DNA of 64,000 nucleotides from a bacterium (GTDB lineage: Bacteria; UBA8248): assembly GCA_965199855.1 (NCBI GenBank), contig OZ241326.1, positions 672,001 through 736,000 on the forward strand, in the 5' to 3' direction. Below the pieces are notes generated by a model. That model was not told the origin of the DNA. It saw only the letters and a program-made list of their open reading frames with translations, and searched no databases. The translations under genes were made by a program, and so were the position numbers. Positions 36,596 through 45,092 of this stretch are shown piece after piece. Numbering within the stretch: position 1 is the first letter of the stretch; each line of letters opens with the position of its first letter.

Positions 36596-37402
36596 CTATT
36601 CGATAAGTCCGCGGCTTCTTTTGTAGTCCTGAAACGCTTTTCGGTCTCTTTCCGGCAGCGAATGCCCCGGTTGCTTGTCGTGGCACTCCACGCACAGGGC
36701 GCGAAGGTTGCCCCACGAATTATTGGATTTGTCCCCGTTTCTGTGGTGGGCGTGGAGAAACTCGCTGGCTTCTCCCTTCAGCGAAATGCCGCATTCCTCA
36801 CATCGCCATCCCGCCCTGTCGCGGCATATTCGTGAAAATGTCGATTGATGGGACGAGTAAGTATCTACGGGAGCGGTAATGTCCGTATACCGAGGTTTGG
36901 GGGCGATTGCCTTATCATAACTCTCAAAGAATTTCTCCAGGGAAAACTCCTTTTCGCAATAGCCTTGTGAGCGTAAATGGGATAGGCAGTAACCACATAC
37001 CTGCATGGTGATGAGCTTTTCCTTTTCGATAATTTTACCGGAATCCGTAATGTTCGCTACGAATTTTCCGTCCGTCCGGGTCGAGGCGACGTATCGCTTG
37101 TCGAATCGTTCATTCTTTTTCATGTCTTGGATTTTTTCACAATTCGCTACATGGAATTTGTACTTGCCAAAAAACCTGGAGTATTGGTCCCGGATATAGA
37201 CGAGAATCCTGCGGCCTTCGTGAGATAGCGTCCCGTCGCGCTCGACGGTTATCTGACCCGGATCGACGAGCTCTATTCCCTTTCCCGCCAGTTCGATGTC
37301 CAGTTCTTCCCATTCCATCGAATCGTTGCCCTTGACCAGTTCTTCGACTCCCATTTTGCGAAGAACATCGTCGAGCGCGGCGAACGAAACCTCGATTTTC
37401 AT
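36596..37402 (-). CDS. zorE: HNH endonuclease, Zorya type II ZorE-like
   Basis: YIRDQ...KFHVANC...VCGYCL N-terminal part; WRCEECG...LHAHHRNGDKSNNSWGNLRALCVECH; ATGA coupling to zorB. Confidence 0.75.
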   Translation of the reverse strand: MKIEVSFAALDDVLRKMGVEELVKGNDSMEWEELDIELAGKGIELVDPGQITVERDGTLSHEGRRILVYIRDQYSRFFGKYKFHVANCEKIQDMKKNERFDKRYVASTRTDGKFVANITDSGKIIEKEKLITMQVCGYCLSHLRSQGYCEKEFSLEKFFESYDKAIAPKPRYTDITAPVDTYSSHQSTFSRICRDRAGWRCEECGISLKGEASEFLHAHHRNGDKSNNSWGNLRALCVECHDKQPGHSLPERDRKAFQDYKRSRGLIE

Positions 37403-38109
37403 GGTCTGTTTTTCCGATCGATGATCTGGACGATTCTTTTTTCCGCGTTCGTTCGCACGCGAAACTCCACCCGTCTCGATTTTTCCCGGTTCTCGCGGCC
37501 ATTCTCGAGCACCGGCTTGCTGGAGGAGAGGCCGTTCGCGGTGAGCCTTCCCTTGAGCCACGCGAAATCCGGGGATACCGCGTTCAGGTTCAGGACGTAT
37601 TCGAGAACGGCCCTCGTCCGTTGCTGGGAGAGCGCCATGTTGTTGAAGTAGGCGACCTTCGGATCGGCGAGAGTCGCCCATTCGCTGGAGGTATGGCCTT
37701 CGACGCGCACCTCCTCGATGTCGGCCTTGTATTTCGGGCCGGTGAGAATCTTCACGTATCTGGGGAAAAAGTCTATGAGAATGTTCTGGAATTTCTCCTT
37801 CATCGCGGCTTTCCCCTGCTCGAAAAGCACCTCGGGCTCCCGGAAGGTGATGGAGAGCGTTTCGCGGCGGATTTCCGCGGCCCACTTCGGCAGGTCGTCC
37901 CTGAACTCGCGCTTCAAGTCCTCATACAAATCGTTCTGCAGGCGGCTGTAGGTGACAGCGATTCCCTCGATGCTGTCCTTGTCCGCCTGCACCGTCGCCA
38001 TGAAGATGACGGTGAGGAACATGAATATCATCATGGTCCCGGACATGACGTCCGAGATGGAAATCCACGGCCCTTCGCTTTCCTCTTGGAGCGATTCGGC
38101 TTCCTGCAC
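37399..38109 (-). CDS. zorB: MotB/OmpA-family protein, ZorB-like
   Basis: WISISDVMSG TM helix with the conserved Asp; VEGHTS, NMALSQQR, SRRVEFR. Confidence 0.85.
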   Translation of the reverse strand: MQEAESLQEESEGPWISISDVMSGTMMIFMFLTVIFMATVQADKDSIEGIAVTYSRLQNDLYEDLKREFRDDLPKWAAEIRRETLSITFREPEVLFEQGKAAMKEKFQNILIDFFPRYVKILTGPKYKADIEEVRVEGHTSSEWATLADPKVAYFNNMALSQQRTRAVLEYVLNLNAVSPDFAWLKGRLTANGLSSSKPVLENGRENREKSRRVEFRVRTNAEKRIVQIIDRKNRP

Positions 38110-38116
38110 GGTCTGC

Positions 38117-39571
38117 CTACCTTTTGATGATATTCTGCGCGCGGTTCAAGGCGTCCGCCAAAGGCGTGTAATCACTGGCGAATTTCTCCGATATGCTCGC
38201 CAGCCTGTCGCCGAGCGCGGCCAGCGCTTTCGTCAATTCTTCCCCCAGCCCTTCATCTATCGCCTTCATTCGCGCTTCGGTGTTCCGCGCGCTTTCTCCC
38301 GCCAGCCGGGTGATTTCCCGCTCCGTTTTCGTGAAAGTATCTCTCACCTGGGCGTCCAGTCGCTCGACCAGATCCGCGACGAGTTTTTGCTGCTGCTCCG
38401 TGGCGTTGCTCACCTGCGCCCGCATCCGTTCCATGCTTTGTCTGGATAATGCGCCGACCTGCTCGATAGCTCCCGATGCCGTTTTATCCAGTTCGGAGAA
38501 TCCGGCAATCACTTTTTGAGCGAAGTCCTTTTGCTTGCTCAAGGATTCCTGGTTCGCTTCCACCGCTCCCCGCACGGATTCGGCGAAATTCTCCGTGAGT
38601 TCGCTTATCTTCGCGTCAAGCGCGGGCAAGAGCTCCTGCGCCTTTTCCGACATGTCAGCGAACTCTCTCAAATAGCCTTCCATGTATTGTCTTTGTTCCT
38701 GAATGGCGGTCAGGATGGGGTCGAGCTTCTCCGCCGCCTCGGTGATGGCCTCGCTCCGCTCCGCCATTTGCGACAGGGAAGCCTGCGTTCGCGCGATGGA
38801 TTCCCGGACCTGATCGATGCCGGCGACCGCCCTGTCGAACTGCTCTATCATCCTTTCCGTTTGCTCCTTGTTCTTGTCCTGCCAGCCGACGAGGGCTCCG
38901 ACCGCCTCGTTGAGCTGCTTGAAGTTGTCTCCGAACTGCTCGTTTATCTTCGCGTTGAAGTCGCGCATCACCTCTTCGAGAGCCTCGATGAGCTTCTGGC
39001 TGTTCGCCTCCGCCATGGTTTCAGCGAAATCCCTGAACTCCCGGATGAGCTCGTCCTGCTTGTCCGTGAAGGTGGTTCGCAGTTTCTGGATCTGGGTGAG
39101 CATGGAAGTATCGCCCTCGCCCGAAACCGACGCGCGGATGCTCTCCAGCCTTTCCAGCGTTTTCTCGTGGTTTGCTTTTCCTGTTTCGATCTGTTGGTGC
39201 AGGAAGTCCGCGAGGGTTTGAACGGTAGCCCCTTCCGGGCGATCTTCTGATGGCTCCCTGACGATGCGGGGGAACATGACGGGGAGGGTTCTCGTGGCCA
39301 GGGTCGCCACGATGCCGACTATGGAAGTGATGAACGCCGTTTGCAGGCCGAAAAGGAGCGTTCGGACGCTTTTTTCGATGTCGTCGGGATTGAAGTCGAA
39401 CAGGCCGATGGAGATGCCTATGAACGTTCCGACGATTCCAAGAACGGTAGTCGTCGATTGTGAAAATTTATGGAGTTTTCTTTCTCGGATACATTTGAAG
39501 AAACAAGCGGCGATTAACGCGCAAATCACCAGTATAACGGGGTCATAGACAGAGCGAAGCAGAATATCCAT
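38117..39571 (-). CDS. zorA: MotA/ExbB-like channel with a long helical tail, ZorA-like
   Basis: LGIVGTFIGISIGL, GLQTAFITSIVG; INEQFGDNFKQLNEAV and a long coiled-coil tail. Confidence 0.82.
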   Translation of the reverse strand: MDILLRSVYDPVILVICALIAACFFKCIRERKLHKFSQSTTTVLGIVGTFIGISIGLFDFNPDDIEKSVRTLLFGLQTAFITSIVGIVATLATRTLPVMFPRIVREPSEDRPEGATVQTLADFLHQQIETGKANHEKTLERLESIRASVSGEGDTSMLTQIQKLRTTFTDKQDELIREFRDFAETMAEANSQKLIEALEEVMRDFNAKINEQFGDNFKQLNEAVGALVGWQDKNKEQTERMIEQFDRAVAGIDQVRESIARTQASLSQMAERSEAITEAAEKLDPILTAIQEQRQYMEGYLREFADMSEKAQELLPALDAKISELTENFAESVRGAVEANQESLSKQKDFAQKVIAGFSELDKTASGAIEQVGALSRQSMERMRAQVSNATEQQQKLVADLVERLDAQVRDTFTKTEREITRLAGESARNTEARMKAIDEGLGEELTKALAALGDRLASISEKFASDYTPLADALNRAQNIIKR

Positions 39572-39670
39572 GGGCGGCCAGCTTCCTTTTGCCGTGTTCG
39601 CGTATTTCAGTAGAACGTCGTCAGGCTAGCATTCGCCCAGGCTTTTGTCATTTTGTCCGCGTCCGCCCCC

Positions 39671-40237
39671 CTACCTCCTCGGGTGGTGGTCGATGCCCTT
39701 GAAGGTCTCGATGAAGCCCGTGACGCGCGCCTCGTCGAACGTCTCCAGGGTGTCGATTCTCCCCCAGGCGGTGAGGGCGATGCGGTGCTTCATGGAGGGA
39801 TAGGGAGCGAGGACGACGAACTTCGGATAGCGGCGCACGATGCCCTCGAGCTTCTCCACGAGGTCGGGGCAGTCGCCGCAGTTGTATTGAACGAGGACGC
39901 CGCCGTCCTCCAGGTTGTGCACCTGAAAGCCGCGGGCGATGGGCTTCTCGTGCACGCCCCAGCGGACGATGGTCGGGTAGTGCGGCCCCGATGTCGGGGG
40001 GTCGGTGTTGTAGGCGACGGCGCCGCTCGCGCCGACCGGAATGTGGCGGTTGCCGAGGGAGGGGACGGCGCGCGCCTGGTTCGCCGGCGCGCCCGAGAAG
40101 TGCCAGACGCCGAAGAGGAGGGCGACCAGGGCGCTCGCCCAGATGAGCGGGGACGCGCCGTTGCTCTTGGAGCCGATGGCGGCCCGGCGGGCCCTGGCGG
40201 GCCGGGATTTTTTCCTCTTTCCGGGCTTGCGGGCCAT
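39671..40237 (-). CDS. DUF3105 domain protein
   Basis: YNTDPPTSGPHY, VHNLEDGGVLVQYNC, IALTAWG. Confidence 0.85.
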   Translation of the reverse strand: MARKPGKRKKSRPARARRAAIGSKSNGASPLIWASALVALLFGVWHFSGAPANQARAVPSLGNRHIPVGASGAVAYNTDPPTSGPHYPTIVRWGVHEKPIARGFQVHNLEDGGVLVQYNCGDCPDLVEKLEGIVRRYPKFVVLAPYPSMKHRIALTAWGRIDTLETFDEARVTGFIETFKGIDHHPRR

Positions 40238-40343
40238 GGCGCGGCCTCCTTGCTTTTCCTGAGGTTCTGCGGATGGCGGCGCGTCGGCAAGATACGCGAG
40301 GAAGGCCGCGGGGACAACCGGAGGGCGCGGGCGTCCCGAATCG

Positions 40344-40373
40344 TTGACAACTCCCGCGGTGGACGATGATAAT
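40344..40373 (+). promoter_or_regulatory. Sigma70-like promoter of the NCS2/partner-switch operon
   Basis: TTGACA (40344-40349), 18-nt spacer, GATAAT (40368-40373). Confidence 0.6.
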
Positions 40374-40460
40374 CCCCGACCGACGCCCGCGGGGGACCCG
40401 GGCGCGGCTCGCCGCCCCCGTGCGACTCGATGAATCTCCCGCCGGATGGAGGGAAGCCGC

Positions 40461-42233
40461 ATGGCCGCCGAGGATTCCGAAGCGCCGTCGGGCGTTCGCT
40501 ACGAGCCCGACGAGAAGCCGCCCGCCCCGCTCGCCGTCGGCCTGGGCCTGCAGCTCGCCCTCCTCAACGTCGCCGGCGTGGTGCTGACGCCCGCCATCGT
40601 GGTGCGCGCCGGGGGCGGAACCGAGGCGTTCCTCTCCTGGGCGGTGTTCGCGGCGGTGGCGGTCTGCGGCCTGACGACGGCGCTTCAGGCGCGCCGGCTG
40701 GGGAGAATCGGCGCGGGCTACGTGCTCCTCATGGGCACCTCCGGCGCCTTCATCGCGGTCTGCATCGCCGCGCTCGCACAGGGCGGCCCGCCGATGCTCG
40801 CCACGCTCGTGGTCGTCTCCTCGCTCTTCCAGTTCGCGCTCGCGGCGCGGCTCTCGCTGTTCCGGCGCGTCCTGACGCCGACGGTGGCGGGCGTGGTGCT
40901 CATGCTGATAGCGGTGACGGTGATGCCGGTCATCTTCGGGATGCTGGAGGACGTCCCCGAGGGAAGCCCGCCCGCCGCCGCCCCCCTGAGCGCGCTGACG
41001 ACCCTGCTCGTCATCACCGGCGTCGCGCTCAAGGCCCGCGGCGCGGCGCGCCTCTGGGCGCCCGTCATCGGCGTCGCGGCGGGCTCGATCGTCGGCGCCT
41101 TCTTCGGCCTCTACGACGCGGGGCGCGTGGCCGGCGCCGCGTGGATGGGGCTGCCCGAGGGGAGCTGGCCGGGCTTCGACCTGGAGTTCGGCCCCGCCTT
41201 CTGGGCGCTCCTTCCCGCCTTCGCGTTCGTGACCCTGGTGGGCGCCATCGAGACGATCGGCGATTCCGTCGCCATCCAGCGCGTCTCCTGGCGCAGGCCC
41301 CGGGCGGTGGACTTCCGCGCGGTGCAGGGCGCCCTGGCCGCGGACGGGACGGGCAACCTGCTCTCCGGCCTGGCGGGGACGATGCCCAACACGACCTATT
41401 CGACGAGCATATCGGTGACCGAGCTCACCGGCGTGGGCGCGCGCGGGGTGGGCGCAGCCGCGGGCGCCGCGTTCCTCGCCATGGCGTTCTCGCCCAAGCT
41501 GATCGCCGTGGTGCTGGCGATTCCGGCCCCGGTCGCCGCGGCCTACCTCGCCGTGCTGCTGGCGATGCTCTTCACGGTCGGCATGAAGGTGGTCGTCCAG
41601 GACGGGCTCGACTACCGCAAGGGGCTGGTGGCCGGCGTCGCCTTCTGGATCGGCGTGGGCTTTCAGAACGGGGCGATATTCCCCGGCTACTTCCCGGAGT
41701 TCCTGGGCGCGCTCCTCAAGAACGGGATGACGGCGGGCGGCCTGGCGGCCGTCCTGATGACCCTGTTCCTGGAGGCGGCCGAGCCCGGGCGCGCGCGCAT
41801 CGAGACGGCCTTCGAGACCGCCGCGCTGCCGAAGATACGGGAGTTCCTCGGCGCGTTCGCCTCGCGCAGCGGCTGGGACGAGGCGATGGCGAGCCGCCTC
41901 GAGGCGGCCAGCGAGGAGACCCTGCTGACGCTCATGCGCGGGGAGGAGGCGCGGCGGGCGCCCGGGCGGCGCCTGCTGCTGATCGCGCGCAGGGAGGAGG
42001 GGGGCGCGACGCTCGAATTCGTCGTTGCGAGCGGGGAGGCGAACCTCCAGGACAGAATCGCGCTCCTCGGCGAGCGGACGGCCGGCGCGCCGCCCTACGC
42101 GGAGGCGTCGCTCCGGCTGCTGCGGCGCTTCGCCTCCTCGGTTCGCCACCAGCAGTACCACGACGCGGACATCGTGATCCTCCGCGTGGAGCCTCCGGCG
42201 AAGCGCGGCGGCGGGGCGGGAGCGGGGCGGTGA
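40461..42233 (+). CDS. NCS2 (xanthine/uracil) permease fused to a C-terminal degenerate RsbW-like HATPase domain
   Basis: YEPDEKPP, GLQ, MGTSGAF, ETIGD, ADG, PNTTYS, FSPKL; ~140-aa soluble tail that aligns by eye to the RsbW at 43492. Confidence 0.85.
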   Translation: MAAEDSEAPSGVRYEPDEKPPAPLAVGLGLQLALLNVAGVVLTPAIVVRAGGGTEAFLSWAVFAAVAVCGLTTALQARRLGRIGAGYVLLMGTSGAFIAVCIAALAQGGPPMLATLVVVSSLFQFALAARLSLFRRVLTPTVAGVVLMLIAVTVMPVIFGMLEDVPEGSPPAAAPLSALTTLLVITGVALKARGAARLWAPVIGVAAGSIVGAFFGLYDAGRVAGAAWMGLPEGSWPGFDLEFGPAFWALLPAFAFVTLVGAIETIGDSVAIQRVSWRRPRAVDFRAVQGALAADGTGNLLSGLAGTMPNTTYSTSISVTELTGVGARGVGAAAGAAFLAMAFSPKLIAVVLAIPAPVAAAYLAVLLAMLFTVGMKVVVQDGLDYRKGLVAGVAFWIGVGFQNGAIFPGYFPEFLGALLKNGMTAGGLAAVLMTLFLEAAEPGRARIETAFETAALPKIREFLGAFASRSGWDEAMASRLEAASEETLLTLMRGEEARRAPGRRLLLIARREEGGATLEFVVASGEANLQDRIALLGERTAGAPPYAEASLRLLRRFASSVRHQQYHDADIVILRVEPPAKRGGGAGAGR

Positions 42234-42328
42234 GTTGCGCCCCGCGCGGATTTTTTTATACATTCGGGGAGGCCCGAAGGCGCGGGAGCGCTTTTTCGGG
42301 AATCGGAAGGAAATCGAGGGGCCGATAA

Positions 42329-43495
42329 ATGGAAGAGCCTTACAGGATACTCGTCGTCGACGACGAGCCCGACGTCGAGCAGCTCGTCCTGCAGCGGATG
42401 CGCCGCGAGATTCGCCGCGGCCGCTACGAGTTCGTCTTCGCGCGCAACGGGCTGGAGGCGCTCGAGCGCCTGAAGACGGACGACGAAATCGACATGGTGC
42501 TCACGGACATCAACATGCCGGAGATGGACGGCCTCACGCTGCTCAAGCAGATATCGTCGCTCGATCTGAACCTGCGCTGCGTTGTCGTCTCGGCCTACGG
42601 CGACATGAAGAACATCCGCACGGCGATGAACAGGGGCGCGTTCGACTTCGTCACGAAGCCGATAGACTTCGAGGATCTGAAGATCACCATCGACCGCACC
42701 CTGAGCCACCTGGCCATGCTCCGCGAGGCGCTCGAGGCGCGCGACAAGCTGGTCGCCATCCGGAGCGACCTCGCCCTCGCCAGCAGCATGCAGCAGGCGA
42801 TTCTGCCGACGAAGTTCCCCGAAACCCCGGAATACCAGGTATTCGCGAGCATGGAGGCCGCCCGCGACGTGGGCGGCGACTTCTTCGACGTGATGCGCCT
42901 CTCCGACGGCCTCGTCGGCATCACGGTCGCCGACGTCTCGGGCAAGGGCGTGACCGCCGCCCTCTTCATGATGTCCAGCCGCACCCTGCTCCGCAGCGTC
43001 GCCGTCGCCCGCTCCGACCCCGCCGAGGTGCTGACCGAGGTCAACCGCCTGCTCCAGGAGAACAACGAGGCGGCGATGTTCGTCACCGTCTTCCTCGCGG
43101 TCTTCGACCCGGCGAGCGGGCGGCTCGTCTGCGCGAACGGCGGCCACAACCCCCCGCTCATCGTCCACGCCGACGGAACGTCGAACCTGCTGCCCCAGAA
43201 GCCGGGGGTCGCCCTCGGGGTGGTGCCCGACCTCGCGTATGAGAAGAGCGAGGCGTCCCTCGCCCCCGGCGACGCCATCGTCCTCTACACCGACGGGGTG
43301 ACGGAGGCCGAGAACGCCGCCCAGGAGCAGTTCGGGGTCGAGCGGCTGCGCGGAATCTTCGCGGATTCGCCGCCGGGCGACGCCCGCGAGACGAACACGG
43401 CGGTGTTCCGGGCGGTGCGCGAATTCGCGGGCGACGCGCCGCAGTTCGACGACATCACCTGCCTGACGCTTTACCGCGCCGGAGCGGACGGATGA
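42329..43495 (+). CDS. Response regulator receiver-PP2C (SpoIIE) phosphatase
   Basis: ILVVDDEP, TDINMPEMDG, VTKP; VGGDFFD, ADVSGKG, YTDGVTE, DDIT. Confidence 0.93.
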   Translation: MEEPYRILVVDDEPDVEQLVLQRMRREIRRGRYEFVFARNGLEALERLKTDDEIDMVLTDINMPEMDGLTLLKQISSLDLNLRCVVVSAYGDMKNIRTAMNRGAFDFVTKPIDFEDLKITIDRTLSHLAMLREALEARDKLVAIRSDLALASSMQQAILPTKFPETPEYQVFASMEAARDVGGDFFDVMRLSDGLVGITVADVSGKGVTAALFMMSSRTLLRSVAVARSDPAEVLTEVNRLLQENNEAAMFVTVFLAVFDPASGRLVCANGGHNPPLIVHADGTSNLLPQKPGVALGVVPDLAYEKSEASLAPGDAIVLYTDGVTEAENAAQEQFGVERLRGIFADSPPGDARETNTAVFRAVREFAGDAPQFDDITCLTLYRAGADG

Positions 43496-43914
43496 GCGCG
43501 AGGCTCTCCCTGCGCATGAAGCTGCGCGCCGAGGAGCTCACGCGCGTCGCCGCCGCCGTCTCGGAGTTCGCGGGGGCGCAGGAGTGGCCGCCCGAGATGG
43601 AGTTCCAGATCAATCTCGCGCTCGAGGAGCTGGGGCTCAACATCATCAACCACGGACACGACGACCCCGAGGGACGCGAGGTCGAGTTCGAGATCGTCTC
43701 GGAGGCGGAGTCGGTGACCATCGAGATCGCGGACGACGGCCGGCCGTTCGACCCGATGACCGAGGCGCCCGCGCCGGACACCGAATCGGACATTGAGGAT
43801 CGTCCGGTGGGCGGCCTGGGCGTCCATCTGGTGCGGACGATGATGGACGAGGCGCGCTACAGGCGCGAGGGAGAGAAAAACCGCCTGACCCTCGTCAAGC
43901 GGAGGGTCGAATGA
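43492..43914 (+). CDS. Anti-sigma factor serine kinase (RsbW/SpoIIAB family)
   Basis: LEELGLNIINHG (N box), DDGRPFDP (G1), GGLGVHLV (G2). Confidence 0.92.
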   Translation: MSARLSLRMKLRAEELTRVAAAVSEFAGAQEWPPEMEFQINLALEELGLNIINHGHDDPEGREVEFEIVSEAESVTIEIADDGRPFDPMTEAPAPDTESDIEDRPVGGLGVHLVRTMMDEARYRREGEKNRLTLVKRRVE

Positions 43915-45092
43915 GCCGCCCGCGCCCCTTCCGCCGCGCGCTTTCGGCTCTTGCGGGCGCGGCGCTCTGCGCGGCGTCGGCCGCGCAGGCGGCCGACGCC
44001 GTCCCGGGCGTTTCCGGAGAGCGCGTTCTCTTCGGCCAGTCCGCCGCCCTGAGCGGCCCCGCCAAGGATCTGGGCGAGAACATGCGGCTCGGCATCGAGG
44101 CCGCCTTCCGGGCGGCGAACGAGAGCGGCGGCGTCCACGGGCGCCGGCTCGAGCTCACCTCCGCCGACGACAGCGGAGAGCCCGAAGCCGCCGTCGCCAA
44201 CACCCGCAGACTCATCGAGGAGGAGAAGGTTTTCGCGCTCATCGGCGCGGTCGGGGCTCCCACCTCGCGCGCGGCCGCGCCGGTCGCCGCCAAGGCGGGC
44301 GCGCCCTACATCGCGCCCTTCACCGGCGCCGCCTTCCTGCGCGATCCCAAATGGAAGAACGTCATCAATCTGCGCGCCTCCTATTTCCAGGAGACCGAGG
44401 AGATGGTCGAGCGCCTGATCGAGGATTTGGGAATCGACCGCATCGCCGTGTTCTACCAGGATGATTCCTTCGGCCTGTCGGGCTACCACGGCGTTCGCCG
44501 CGCCCTCGCGCGGCGCGGCCTGAAGCCCGCGGCCATCGGGGTGTATCCCCGGAACACGACGGCGGTCAAGACGGCCCTGCTCGACCTGCGGCGCCAAAAG
44601 CCGGGCGCGGTCGTCCTCGTCGGTGCCTATCGGCCGGTCGCGGCCCTGATCGCCTGGGCGCGGCACGTGGGGGTGAATCCGGTTTTCGTGACGATCTCCT
44701 TCGTGGGCGGCCGCGCGCTCGTGCGCGAACTCGGCCCCGCCGGCGTGGGGGTCTTCGTCACGCAGGTGGTTCCCTTCCCGACGGCGAAGGATCTCCCGAT
44801 CGCGGCGGCCTACCGCCGGGCGCTGGAGGCTCACGCGCCCGGCGCGCCCCCCGGCTTCGTCTCTTTCGAGGGCTATCTAGCCGGCCGGCTGGCCGTCCGC
44901 GCCCTCGAACTCTGCGGGCGGGAACTCAGGCGTGCCTGCCTTCTCGACAGCCTGCGCCGCGAGGCCGTCATCGACCTGGACGGGTTCAAGCTGCGCTTCG
45001 GGAAGGACGACAACCAGGGTTCGGACGCGGTGTTCCTCACCGTCATCGCCGCGCGGGGGCGCTACCTCCCGATCCGGACGATGAAGCGGTGA
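43911..45092 (+). CDS. Periplasmic ligand-binding protein (PBP1, LivK-like) with no cognate transporter nearby
   Basis: Signal peptide, FGQSAALSGPA, GGVHGRRLEL, NLRASY, YQDDSFG. Confidence 0.88.
   Translation: MSRPRPFRRALSALAGAALCAASAAQAADAVPGVSGERVLFGQSAALSGPAKDLGENMRLGIEAAFRAANESGGVHGRRLELTSADDSGEPEAAVANTRRLIEEEKVFALIGAVGAPTSRAAAPVAAKAGAPYIAPFTGAAFLRDPKWKNVINLRASYFQETEEMVERLIEDLGIDRIAVFYQDDSFGLSGYHGVRRALARRGLKPAAIGVYPRNTTAVKTALLDLRRQKPGAVVLVGAYRPVAALIAWARHVGVNPVFVTISFVGGRALVRELGPAGVGVFVTQVVPFPTAKDLPIAAAYRRALEAHAPGAPPGFVSFEGYLAGRLAVRALELCGRELRRACLLDSLRREAVIDLDGFKLRFGKDDNQGSDAVFLTVIAARGRYLPIRTMKR

Noticed and set aside
37399-39571. Flagellar stator motAB or exbBD
   Set aside because: The long helical tail, coupled HNH nuclease, lower GC and absence of flagellar or TonB genes favour Zorya.
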